Made by a program: the position numbers and the translations under genes. A stretch of DNA of 64,000 nt from Acidobacteriota bacterium (GTDB taxonomy: Bacteria > Acidobacteriota > Terriglobia > Bryobacterales > Bryobacteraceae), in the NCBI GenBank assembly GCA_018268715.1, contig JAFDVZ010000034.1, forward strand, positions 18,057-82,056. Direction: 5' to 3'. The notes under the pieces are model-generated. The model did no database searches. It saw only the letters and a list, made by a program, of their open reading frames with translations, and was not told the origin of the DNA. Positions 28,561 to 37,766 of this stretch are shown one piece after another; the stretch's first letter is position 1, and each line of letters opens with the position of its first letter.

Positions 28561-30519
28561 CTACCGGATGCCCTCCGTGGACAACGGCCAGTCGTCGGTC
28601 CGGAAGGGCCCGGCGGGAAGGCCCGCGGCGTTCCATAGCGTCGCCGGCGGATTGGATTGCCAGGCGTAGCGCGCTGCTACCGGGGCAGCGATGCCGGCCG
28701 ACGACAGGACCACCGAATCGCCCTCCACTCTGGCTTCCGCCCAGCGCCACTGGCGGTCCTCGCCCGCGATGGCGAATCCTTCCAGACGCTCACCCTTCAC
28801 CACGAGTCCGCCTTTGGCGTGCGCGAGCCTGAGCCGCAACGCTCCGGGGCTCCGCTCAACCCCGGCGAGCACCGGCCCGGAGTACGCCACGGCCTCGCCA
28901 TAGTGTCCGGCCAGGGCGCACAGAGCCAGGCGATCGCCGACTTCCCGCTTGTCCACCGGGTGGATGTTGTCGGGGTCGCCGGTGTCGATCGTGATCGCCA
29001 CACACGCGTGCCCGGCCGCCTTCGCCGCCACCGCCTGGGCCTCTCGGAATTCGGCCCACGAATCCTCGCCGGGCGCTTCCTTCCGCTTCTGAAACGCCGG
29101 CAGGCCAGCGATGTAGAACGGGAAGTCCCCTTGTCCAAACGACTCGCGCCACCCCGCGATCATCGCCGGCAACAGCTTCCGATATTGAAACGCCCGCACT
29201 GTGTTCGACTCGCCCTGATACCAGATCGCACCGCTGATCGCGAGGGGTTCAAGCGGCGCGATCATTCCGCGATACAGCACGCCCGGCATGGTCGGCAGGT
29301 TCTCGAATCCCGGCGGCAACGGATGCGGCGGCCGCGCATCCACGGCGACCTTACCCTTCCACCCGCCACCCAGCGGCACAGCCGTCCCGTCGCCCAGCAC
29401 GAGTTTCAAATCCGCGGCCGGATTCAGAAATCCACCGCCCTCCGCCTTGATGCGCAGAAGCCGGACGGCCACCACATTGCGCCCCGGTTTTAGCGCCTGC
29501 CCGACGAAATACACACGCGGGTTTTCAACCCACGAACTCGCGCCCACCTGCCTGCCATTCACGAACGTGGTGTCCATCTTCTCGACCGGCCCCAAGTACA
29601 GCCGCGCCGGCCCCTGCGGCAACCGCGCGGGCAAGGTGATCTCCTTGCGCAGCCACACCAGGCTCGGGACACCGGCTACGCCCAACTCCTCAAAGGCGCC
29701 TGGAACCGCCACCGCTTTCCACGCCGAATCATCGAGTTCCGGATCCGCCCACGAGCCGCCCTTGGACCCCGCGTCGTACTCGTCATACCAGTGCATGATG
29801 TAGTTGCCGTACTCCGGGCCGCCCTTGGCCGCCCGAGCCTCCACCTCCGCGACGCCCGCGTCGAAATCGTGGAGCGGCTTCAGGGAGCCGGCGCTGGCGA
29901 ACGTCTCAGCCGGCACACCGCCCACCGAGGCGTGCACCAATCCTATTGGGACGTGGATCGATTCCTGCAACCGCCGGGCGAAGAAATAGGCGACGGCGGA
30001 CACGCCGCCGAACCCGCCGACGGTGGTCGGCGAGACGATCTTCCAAGTCCCCTGCGGCGCGTCCACGTGCGAGTAGGTCACCTTCTGCCGGACGTTGAAG
30101 AATCGTATCTCCGGGTGATTCGCGTTTTTCACCTCGTCGGCGCCGTTGCGGGCCTGTCCTAGCCCGAAGCCCATGTTCGATTGTCCGGAGCATAGCCACA
30201 CGTCGCCGACGAGGACTTCGTGCAATTCGACGGTCTGCCGGCCGGTGATCTTCACCGTGTACGGCCCGCCGGGAGGGGGCGGCTCGATCCGCGTCATCCA
30301 CTTCCCATCGGGGCCCGCCACCGCCGCCGAGGACTTGCCGGCGATCTCCACCGTGACGCGGTCGCCAGCCTGCGACCAACCCCAGATCGCATTCGGCTTT
30401 CCCCGTTGCAACACCATGTAGTCGCCAAAGATCGAGCTAACGAACGGCGGCGGGTCCGCCGCCCAAACGGTCAACATCCCGACCGCCAACGCGGCCCACG
30501 CGCCAAGCATCCGTCTCAT
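28561..30519 (-). CDS. Sialate O-acetylesterase-like carbohydrate esterase (secreted)
   Basis: 652 aa with a signal peptide. GDVWLCSGQSNM (GQSNM catalytic-serine motif of the SASA/DUF303 family) and a second esterase-like half containing WYQGESN. Confidence 0.8.
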   Translation of the reverse strand: MRRMLGAWAALAVGMLTVWAADPPPFVSSIFGDYMVLQRGKPNAIWGWSQAGDRVTVEIAGKSSAAVAGPDGKWMTRIEPPPPGGPYTVKITGRQTVELHEVLVGDVWLCSGQSNMGFGLGQARNGADEVKNANHPEIRFFNVRQKVTYSHVDAPQGTWKIVSPTTVGGFGGVSAVAYFFARRLQESIHVPIGLVHASVGGVPAETFASAGSLKPLHDFDAGVAEVEARAAKGGPEYGNYIMHWYDEYDAGSKGGSWADPELDDSAWKAVAVPGAFEELGVAGVPSLVWLRKEITLPARLPQGPARLYLGPVEKMDTTFVNGRQVGASSWVENPRVYFVGQALKPGRNVVAVRLLRIKAEGGGFLNPAADLKLVLGDGTAVPLGGGWKGKVAVDARPPHPLPPGFENLPTMPGVLYRGMIAPLEPLAISGAIWYQGESNTVRAFQYRKLLPAMIAGWRESFGQGDFPFYIAGLPAFQKRKEAPGEDSWAEFREAQAVAAKAAGHACVAITIDTGDPDNIHPVDKREVGDRLALCALAGHYGEAVAYSGPVLAGVERSPGALRLRLAHAKGGLVVKGERLEGFAIAGEDRQWRWAEARVEGDSVVLSSAGIAAPVAARYAWQSNPPATLWNAAGLPAGPFRTDDWPLSTEGIR

Positions 30520-30685
30520 TTCTCAGCCGCCTCCCGAGGATAGTTAACCCCGTAACTCCGAGTCATGGGAAACTCCCGGACTTCCTTGTTTCGAGTTATC
30601 CCGTTCCCCGTTTCCACCCTAACTCGCCGATCGTGCGAAGCATCCATCATATCCCGGAACAGGATCGGCCTCATGGGCGCAGATC

Positions 30686-30859
30686 GTATACACTCCCGCC
30701 GAGTGGCGCCGAGGTGCCGGATGGGTTCGTTTTGAAATACGCCCTTGGCTGGACTTGTTCGATTCTGAGTTCCTGATATTTTTCTTTGGTTTAGGATGGC
30801 GCCCGATTTCGCCTGTGGCTTCGTCGATTTTCACCACATGACCACCCGTCACTGGTGTC
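30686..30859 (-). repeat. Copy B of the ~170-nt dispersed non-coding repeat (partner at 8381-8553)
   Basis: Read on the minus strand: GACACC (30859), GTGAAAATCGACGAA (30834-30820), ATTTCAAAACGAACCCAT (30738-30721), AGTGTA (30694-30689). The 96-nt and 26-nt spacings match copy A. It sits about 170 nt upstream of the esterase ATG. Confidence 0.6.
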
Positions 30860-31203
30860 ACCGGCTTCTGGCGAGTTGGCGGCGCACGGCGGAAGGAGCT
30901 ACGGCGGACCCCGTTGCGCAACGCGGGGCCGAGCTATCGCAGCCTCCCGATTTCATGATACCTGCGTCGTCCAGTAGGTGAGGGCATACGTTTTCCGGAT
31001 CGTGTTGCAGGAGTAGGAGATATAGACGGTCATTTTCTGTGAACGCCGAATTTCAGGGCGCCGAACCGGGGGAGATGAGAAGGCGAAGCCGGATGTTTTG
31101 GCGGCCAACTCGTCCGGGAGGAAATCGGGCGAGAGCGGCCCAGGGCAATTTGTTCGCACAGCCACGCTGGCTGTAGCCGGCTGCCGCGATACACTAGCTC
31201 AAC

Positions 31204-31776
31204 ATGCGACTATTCTTGCTGGCGCTCCTGGCAACCGTGCTCCAAGCGCAAGACGACACGCGGACATCCGCGCTCAAGCAGCTTGAACATACCCTGTCTG
31301 GTCAGACGTCGACGAATTGGGTACAAACGCCAACCGACTCCGCAAAGGCGGCTGACGCCGCCCGCGTCACTGCATCCATCACTGATGTCCATGCGGATGC
31401 CGGCGCCTGTACGCTTTCATTCAAAGATGGCCGCGGTTACCCCGATCAGAAGTACGAAAGCGTGCAGAGCTGGAAGCTCAACCTTTCGGACGTCGACCGC
31501 ATCCAGGTCGAATCGATGGAGGGTTTTGTCAATCGCCTCCGCGCCGAACACGGTCAGCGGCCTTGGGAGACAAAGAACGTTCCGACTGTATACGTCCTGC
31601 TGATCGCCGCCGCGCCCGACCGCAATTTCAAGGTGCATCGCTGGAGCAGGAGCAGTAACAACGAAGTTGCCGAACGCGACCTCAGCCAACCGCTCGCATT
31701 TGTCGTCTTCGCGGCTGAAGCCGCGGCGCGCGAAGCCGCGAGCACACTGCAGAAGGCGAAGGATCTCTGCAAGTGA
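31204..31776 (+). CDS. Small secreted hypothetical protein
   Basis: 190-aa ORF with signal peptide MRLFLLALLATVLQAQ. No family recognised. Confidence 0.5.
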   Translation: MRLFLLALLATVLQAQDDTRTSALKQLEHTLSGQTSTNWVQTPTDSAKAADAARVTASITDVHADAGACTLSFKDGRGYPDQKYESVQSWKLNLSDVDRIQVESMEGFVNRLRAEHGQRPWETKNVPTVYVLLIAAAPDRNFKVHRWSRSSNNEVAERDLSQPLAFVVFAAEAAAREAASTLQKAKDLCK

Positions 31777-32236
31777 AGTGAGCAGAGCGCTGCCTGGAAG
31801 GGCCCTCGCCGGCCACCAGGGAGGAGAGCAAGAACGTGTTGAACGCGGCCCACCATGCCGGCTCGGGGCCCCCTCGGATGACCCTCTGGCGGTTGATTTC
31901 GAGCCGGCGGCCACGGCGCCGGTCCGCGGTGGACTCCACCGGTCCGTAGAGCCCTGTCCAGGCACAACGCCAGCCGGTCGAAGAACCCCGACAACAGCGC
32001 AAGCAGACGATGGTGGACGTCCGAAATGGCAGCCCGGATGATGCCCGCGATGGGCAACGGCGCGATGGACAGAGTGCGGCGAGTGGAACCCGCGGAGCGT
32101 CCGGCATCACCGAAGGAAGAGACGGCGGCGGGCGATTCAGGCGCTGCCGGAGAACGGGCTGGCGCGGTTCGGGGCGGATGCGCCAAAACTAGCGAGGGGG
32201 AAAGACGGGCCTGCGCGCCCCGCGGCTCCACTTGCG

Positions 32237-32272
32237 CTTCTACAGGAGATGATGTACAGTCTCCTGTAGAAG
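32237..32272 (+). promoter_or_regulatory. Perfect 13-bp inverted repeat upstream of the first PadR gene (candidate operator or anti-SD hairpin)
   Basis: CTTCTACAGGAGA-tgatgtacag-TCTCCTGTAGAAG ends 14 nt before the ATG at 32287. The SD GAGGAG lies at 32278-32283. Confidence 0.45.
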
Positions 32273-32286
32273 CCATAGAGGAGCAC

Positions 32287-32619
32287 ATGCCGGACAAACG
32301 CATTGACCTTCCGCAAGGCACCCTGGACCTCCTGATCCTCCGCACGCTCGCCCTGGGACCGCAGCACGGCTGGGGCATCTCCGAGCGGGTCCAACAAACA
32401 TCGAGCAACGCGTTGCAGATTCAGCAAGGCTCCCTGTATCCAGCACTCCACCGGCTGGAGCGGCGCGGCTGGATCAAAGCACGCTGGGGAACATCGGAGA
32501 ATAACCGGAAGGCTAAATATTACGAACTCACGCGAGCCGGGCGCCGCCAGCTCGATTCGGAGACCGACGCCTGGAAGAGGCTGACAGCCGCCGTGGCCCA
32601 GGTGCTGGGGACGGCGTAG
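32287..32619 (+). CDS. PadR-family transcriptional regulator (acidobacterial type)
   Basis: 110 aa from the ATG at 32287. [67 protein letters not shown] is a PadR winged-helix. It is followed 11 nt later by an ADOP permease, the classic pairing. Confidence 0.9.
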   Translation: MPDKRIDLPQGTLDLLILRTLALGPQHGWGISERVQQTSSNALQIQQGSLYPALHRLERRGWIKARWGTSENNRKAKYYELTRAGRRQLDSETDAWKRLTAAVAQVLGTA

Positions 32620-32630
32620 GGAGACGCCTG

Positions 32631-35279
32631 ATGCTTGCAGATTTGTTCTTCCGCGCCCGCTCGCTGTTCCGGCGTAAAGCGGCTGAAGCAGACCTGGACG
32701 ATGAGCTTCGTTTCCACCGCGAACGGCAGTTGCGGAAGCACCTGGCGGCCGGCCTCACGGAGAGTGAGGCGTTGCGCCGCCTGCGAATGGAGTTCGGCGG
32801 GCTGGATCAAGTCAAGGAGGAGTGTCGCGACGCGCGCGGCGTACGCCCCGTCGAGATTCTCCTGCAGGACGTCCGTCACGGACTGCGGTTGCTGCGCAAG
32901 TCCCCGGGGTTCACCGCGGCCGCGCTACTTACACTCGCGCTGGGAATCGGCGCCAACACCGCGATCTTCTCGGTTCTCTACGGCGTCCTGCTTCGCCCGC
33001 TGCCATACCCGGATTCAGCGCGTCTGATCGTACTCAACGAGACTACGCCGAAGGTTGGCGGCGTCAGCGTCTCGTATCCGGACTTTCTGGACTGGCGGGA
33101 GCAGGGCCGCGCGTTTTCGAGCATGGCGGCAGCGCACAATGTCGGGTTCAATCTCTCCGGCGTCGATCGCCCGGAAAGCATCTCAGGCCAGGCTGTTTCC
33201 GCAAACTTCCTCGCGCTTCTGGGAGTGCAACCCCTTCTGGGACGCGACTTCAACGTGTCGGAGGAAAGGGCAGGCACGGCAGCGGTGGTACTGCTGAGCT
33301 ATCCACTTTGGCAGTCGCACTTCGGCGGCAACCCTAACGTGGTGGGGCGCACCCTGGCTCTCGATGGCCGGAGCTTCACAGTGGTGGGCGTGCTGCCGCC
33401 GGAGTTTCGATGGATCGAAAAGACGGACGTGCTGGAACCCATGGGCGTCTGGCTTACGAACAATCCGGCGTACGGCGAGAGAGGCGAGCGGGGCGACACC
33501 CTCGCCATTGGGCGGTTGGCTCCGGGGGTCACGCTGGCGCAGGCGCGTGCGGAAATGGCAGGCGTCGCCGCGCGGCTGGAGAGGACCTATCCCGCCACGA
33601 ATGACCAGTTCAGAGCGGAATTGCGGCCGATTCGCGACGTATTGGTCAGCGAGATCCGGCCGACCGTTCTGGTGCTCTTCGCCGCTGTTACGTTCGTGCT
33701 GCTGATCGCGTGCGCAAGCGTGGCGAACCTGTTTCTGATGCGGGGCAGCGGGCGGGCCAGGGAAATGGCCCTGCGGATGGCCATCGGCGCCACTCGCGGG
33801 CGCATCGCCGCGCAGATGCTCATCGAAAGTCTGCTTCTGACATCGCTGGGCGGCGTGGCGGGTTTGGCGCTCGCGGTCGCGGCAGTGCGCGGCATCGCCG
33901 GACTGCTTCCCGCCAATATGCTGGCGGGCGCCAGCATCGATCTGGACGGTCCCGCGGTTCTTTTCGCCATCGCGCTGGCGGCTTTGTCGGCGCTTGTTTT
34001 CGGCATCGTTCCGGCCATGCACGCGACGAGAGGCTCCGCACAGGCGGAACTGAAGAAAGGCGGAAGATCCGCAAGCGCGGGCGCGGGGGCGAGTCGCTGG
34101 CGGGGCGTCCTGGTTATCCTCGAGGTCTCGATGGCGTTGGTTCTGATGGTGGGCGCGGGGCTGATGGCGAAGAGTCTCTATCGCCTCTTTTCGGTGGACG
34201 CCGGAATTCAGACCGAGCACGTGCTGGCGATGGAAGTGAACCTGCGCACGGCGCAGTACGATCAGAGTCCCGCCAGGCTGAACTTCTGGAACCGGGTTCT
34301 GGGCGGCCTGCGGTCGCTCCCTGGCGTCCAGGCGGCGGCCCTGGGCACGGGGGTTCCGCTGACAAACGATCATTCGCGCGCCGACATCACGATTGAGGGG
34401 ATGACATTGCCGGGCCCGGGGGACTTCCCGCATCCGGATGTCCACATCGTCAGCCCCGAGTACGCCGGCGCGCTTGGCATTCCGCTGCTCGGTGGCCGGA
34501 CGTTCACAGACATGGACAATGAGCATGCTCTTCCGGTGGGCATGATCAGCGCACGCCTGGCGCGGCAGTTCTTTGGGGCCGGCGATCCGGTTGGCCGGCG
34601 TTTCCTGTTTGGCCATCCATCCTCGAAGAGAGCGCCGAGGTGGATCACGATCGTGGGGGTGGTGGGGGATACGAAACTGTACGGTCTGGCGAATCCCTCG
34701 CGGCTCGAGGTGTACGTTCCGTTCCGGCAGGAGGCGCCCGGCTCGATGACGCTATTGGTGAAATCGGCCATCGATCCGGCGACGCTCACCTCCGGGATTC
34801 GGGCTGTTATCGCTTCGGTCGACAAGGACCAGCCCCTGTTGTCCGCTGCGACGATGACGCAACTCGTCCGGGATTCGGTCTCGGCGCAACGTATCACCAT
34901 GATCGTTCTCGGAACCTTTGGCGCTCTCGCGCTGGTGTTGGCGGCGATCGGGATCTACGGCGTGATTTCGTACGCGGTGGCGCAGCGCAGCCATGAGATT
35001 GGAATTCGGATCGCGCTTGGGGCGCAGACCGGCGACGTGTTGCTTATGGTGATGACGCAGGGAGGGAAGATGGCCGGCGCCGGACTGCTGATCGGCCTGG
35101 GGGCGTCCTTCTGGCTCACGCGGCTGATGAGCAGTCTTCTCTTTTCGGTGAGCGCCGCCGACCCGGGCACGCTTGCGGCTATGACGTTTCTGCTTGGGGT
35201 GATTGCGATGCTGGCTTGCTACATTCCGGCGCGGCGAGCCGTACGTGTGGATCCGGTCAACGCGTTGCGCTGCGAGTAG
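32631..35279 (+). CDS. ADOP-family duplicated MacB/FtsX-like ABC permease (no cognate ATPase in the window)
   Basis: 882 aa. Characteristic N-terminus [57 protein letters not shown] and two MacB_PCD/FtsX halves (second FtsX: [23 protein letters not shown]). Confidence 0.9.
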   Translation: MLADLFFRARSLFRRKAAEADLDDELRFHRERQLRKHLAAGLTESEALRRLRMEFGGLDQVKEECRDARGVRPVEILLQDVRHGLRLLRKSPGFTAAALLTLALGIGANTAIFSVLYGVLLRPLPYPDSARLIVLNETTPKVGGVSVSYPDFLDWREQGRAFSSMAAAHNVGFNLSGVDRPESISGQAVSANFLALLGVQPLLGRDFNVSEERAGTAAVVLLSYPLWQSHFGGNPNVVGRTLALDGRSFTVVGVLPPEFRWIEKTDVLEPMGVWLTNNPAYGERGERGDTLAIGRLAPGVTLAQARAEMAGVAARLERTYPATNDQFRAELRPIRDVLVSEIRPTVLVLFAAVTFVLLIACASVANLFLMRGSGRAREMALRMAIGATRGRIAAQMLIESLLLTSLGGVAGLALAVAAVRGIAGLLPANMLAGASIDLDGPAVLFAIALAALSALVFGIVPAMHATRGSAQAELKKGGRSASAGAGASRWRGVLVILEVSMALVLMVGAGLMAKSLYRLFSVDAGIQTEHVLAMEVNLRTAQYDQSPARLNFWNRVLGGLRSLPGVQAAALGTGVPLTNDHSRADITIEGMTLPGPGDFPHPDVHIVSPEYAGALGIPLLGGRTFTDMDNEHALPVGMISARLARQFFGAGDPVGRRFLFGHPSSKRAPRWITIVGVVGDTKLYGLANPSRLEVYVPFRQEAPGSMTLLVKSAIDPATLTSGIRAVIASVDKDQPLLSAATMTQLVRDSVSAQRITMIVLGTFGALALVLAAIGIYGVISYAVAQRSHEIGIRIALGAQTGDVLLMVMTQGGKMAGAGLLIGLGASFWLTRLMSSLLFSVSAADPGTLAAMTFLLGVIAMLACYIPARRAVRVDPVNALRCE

Positions 35280-35650
35280 CGGGGGTCTGAGGGCCCCTGA
35301 AGACCGGCTACGTTACTTCAGCGTGCAATGGAGTGCGGGGTCTTCGTCAGTGTAAAGCAAGAGTCCCGGCGGGGCCGAGGCGCGGCCGGTCGCAACGAGC
35401 GGGACTGCCCTTTGGCGCTTTCTTCGTGCAGCCAGTCAGTTAGCTGCGCGAAGACGACGGTCCACCTTCCTCCGACTGGCGCACGATCCGCTGGAAGGGA
35501 AAGTGCCCGACATGTCGCTGCGCCCCGCAAACTGCCAGCACCAGTGGAAGGCAAGAGCCGCGCCTGATACAAGTAGCCTGGGCGCTTGTGCGGGGCGGGT
35601 TCCTCATACGCTTACAAATAGCCTCCTGCTGGGCTATGCGACTCGCACGG

Positions 35651-36931
35651 CTAAGCCCACGGCACAAGTTCAACCTGTCCGACCCACCTACCGGATTGCG
35701 TTCGGTTGGCGTGCTCGCCGCTGAATCCGCACAACCGGAGAATTACGAGCTCGACATACCGCTGGGCGAGCGTCCACGCTTCGGTCGCGGGCAGGGGTCC
35801 CTCGCGCTTATCGGGATGGACAAGGTCGTTACGCACCGCGACGACAGCTCCAGGCCCGTCCGCAGCCACAGCGCTGAGCTGAGTCAGTGACGCCGGAATC
35901 TCCACCGGGATTTCCATGGCCTTGAGCAGAGTCCGGATCCTTCCAGCCGCCCCCAGTCTCTTGAAGGCTTTCGGCTCCATCCCGCCGACCATGACAAGAT
36001 ACGTCCAGCTTAGAACCTCCAGCGCCGCTTGACTCAGGATCAGAGATCCGTCGCCGCCCACGGCAACGGAATTCGCCCGAACAAACCAGTAAACCGCACG
36101 AGAGAGGGCGTACTTCCACTGGGGGTCTTCCCACTTCGCCATGAACGAAGGCACGATATCGGACAAGGTCATTCCCCGATGCGCGTCGAACCAAGTGAAG
36201 AGAGAGAATCCTTGGTCTACGAGCGGAACACTCCACCGGAACCATATGGGCTCGCCGGCCAGCCCGATGCCCGCAGGCAACATCGGGCCGGTCCACCGGC
36301 CACACACAAAGGAGAGAAATACCCCCAGCGCCTCAATGGCCGGCTCTGCATTTTGCCAGGTGAACAGTGCGGCGCCGGTTCTTTCGAGTAGCCCGATAGC
36401 GGTGATGCCGAAACCGCCGTCCTCGCTCAGCAGTTCTTTTCGCTCAGCAATGTCGGCCATCTTGCGGATAGTAGCGTGCCAGCCGGAAAACTCCAGTCGG
36501 ATTTCATCTTCTCGGACCCCGCCGCCTTCCGGGGACTTGTGGATGACGGCGTGGGCGAGGAAGTCGGGAAAGTTGGGAACCGCGAATACGATCTGCTTTA
36601 CCAACATGTCCTGCCCGGCAGGGACGACCTCCTGAAGGGGCCGCAGGCTGATGCTTGAGGGCGCTTGCGAAAACATCCTCCCCCTTGCAATTCGGCAGGG
36701 ACTTTTCGCGCCGGAGGACAGAAACGTCACATCCACGTCGTTGCTGATGTCGATTCCGAAATAGGGCGGTACTTCGAACTCGAACTCGAGCTTCGGCCGA
36801 GGAACCATGGTAACGGTAGCCGTGAGTGGGCCTGTCAGGGTCTTGCCGCCGAGCCGGACGGACACCTGCGCGGCGCCAAGCACGATGGGCCGGTTGGGGA
36901 GAGGGATCTCGAAGCAGGGATGCGCGGGCAC
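35651..36931 (-). CDS. Hypothetical protein with C-terminal HEPN-like domain (ApeA-like architecture suspected)
   Basis: 426-aa ORF with a GTG start and no signal peptide or TM. The C-terminal ~130 aa is helical and carries VAVRNDLVHP, an R-x4-H HEPN-type motif, preceded by SQAALEVLSW. The N-terminal ~150 aa looks beta-rich. Codon usage is less GC3-biased than in neighbouring genes. Confidence 0.6.
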   Translation of the reverse strand: MPAHPCFEIPLPNRPIVLGAAQVSVRLGGKTLTGPLTATVTMVPRPKLEFEFEVPPYFGIDISNDVDVTFLSSGAKSPCRIARGRMFSQAPSSISLRPLQEVVPAGQDMLVKQIVFAVPNFPDFLAHAVIHKSPEGGGVREDEIRLEFSGWHATIRKMADIAERKELLSEDGGFGITAIGLLERTGAALFTWQNAEPAIEALGVFLSFVCGRWTGPMLPAGIGLAGEPIWFRWSVPLVDQGFSLFTWFDAHRGMTLSDIVPSFMAKWEDPQWKYALSRAVYWFVRANSVAVGGDGSLILSQAALEVLSWTYLVMVGGMEPKAFKRLGAAGRIRTLLKAMEIPVEIPASLTQLSAVAADGPGAVVAVRNDLVHPDKREGPLPATEAWTLAQRYVELVILRLCGFSGEHANRTQSGRWVGQVELVPWA

Positions 36932-37399
36932 GGCAGCCTAACTCTACCGTACCGTAGACACCCGATACTGTGCGGGTAGGCGAGCGTCGCCGCGAGTGCG
37001 GCAATCGGTGGTAGCGCCTCGGCAGCCACCGCTAACTCGGCATCAGGTCCGAAGACAAGAACTCAACCCGTGTCTCCTGGATGCGCACACATATTCAGAA
37101 CCGACCGAGGGCGCCAAACCGATCAGCTTACTGAGACGCCGTTCTCCATTCTCAATGTCTGGATGGTCGACTGTCGCCGGTCCGGGGCCGCCATGGTGCG
37201 ACGCACCCACGATGCCGTACTTATGGTTCACTCCCAGCTCCGCCAGGGCCGCGGAAGCTTCACACTTCCCGCGAACGGAACCTCGCACGACTCCCTTTGG
37301 GGCTGCTAAACGGCCGTCTCCAGTTCCCCAAGCAAGTTTCAGCATTTCAATCCAGGCCGTCCAGAGGGCGCGAGAGGGCGCTTCCCTTCGCCGCTTCTC

Positions 37400-37448
37400 T
37401 TGACAGTCAGGAGAAAACGCGCCATACTTCTCCTGACGATCAGGAGAA
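37400..37448 (+). promoter_or_regulatory. Sigma70-like promoter plus three alternating 9-mers upstream of the second PadR gene
   Basis: TTGACA (37400-37405), 17 nt, CATACT (37423-37428). TCAGGAGAA (37407-37415), TTCTCCTGA (37428-37436) and TCAGGAGAA (37440-37448) overlap the spacer, the -10 box and the probable SD. The ATG is at 37458. Confidence 0.5.
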
Positions 37449-37457
37449 GACATCGCA

Positions 37458-37766
37458 ATGGTGCAGGGAACCCTCGACATGCTGATTCTGAAAACGCTCG
37501 CGCTCGAGCCGATGCACGGCTGGGGCGTCGCGCAGCGCATCGAACAGAGCAGCGGCGGCGTCTTCAAGGTGAACGCCGGGTCCTTGTTTTCGGCTTTCTT
37601 ACGACTGGAACGGGCCGGCAGCGTTAAAACCGAGTGGATGACCAGCGAGAATAACCGGCGCGCCAAGTACTATTCGCTGACGACCGCGGGCAAGAAAACG
37701 CTCGCGCGGGAAACGCGCGAGTGGGAACGGCAGATTTCGGCCATCGCCAGAATCCTGGAGGCGTGA
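37458..37766 (+). CDS. PadR-family transcriptional regulator (acidobacterial type)
   Basis: 102 aa. GTLDMLILKTLALEPMHGWGVAQRI..GSLFSAFLRLERAGSVKTEWMTSENNRRAKYYSLTTAGKKTL. Directly abuts the next ADOP gene. Confidence 0.9.
   Translation: MVQGTLDMLILKTLALEPMHGWGVAQRIEQSSGGVFKVNAGSLFSAFLRLERAGSVKTEWMTSENNRRAKYYSLTTAGKKTLARETREWERQISAIARILEA

Noticed and set aside
37043-37666. 207-aa minus ORF upstream of and overlapping the second PadR gene
   Set aside because: It overlaps a confidently called PadR gene and its promoter in antisense, and no motif is recognisable. The segment 37043-37380 (..AALAELGVNHKYGIVGASHHGG..) could be gene debris, but I cannot support a call.
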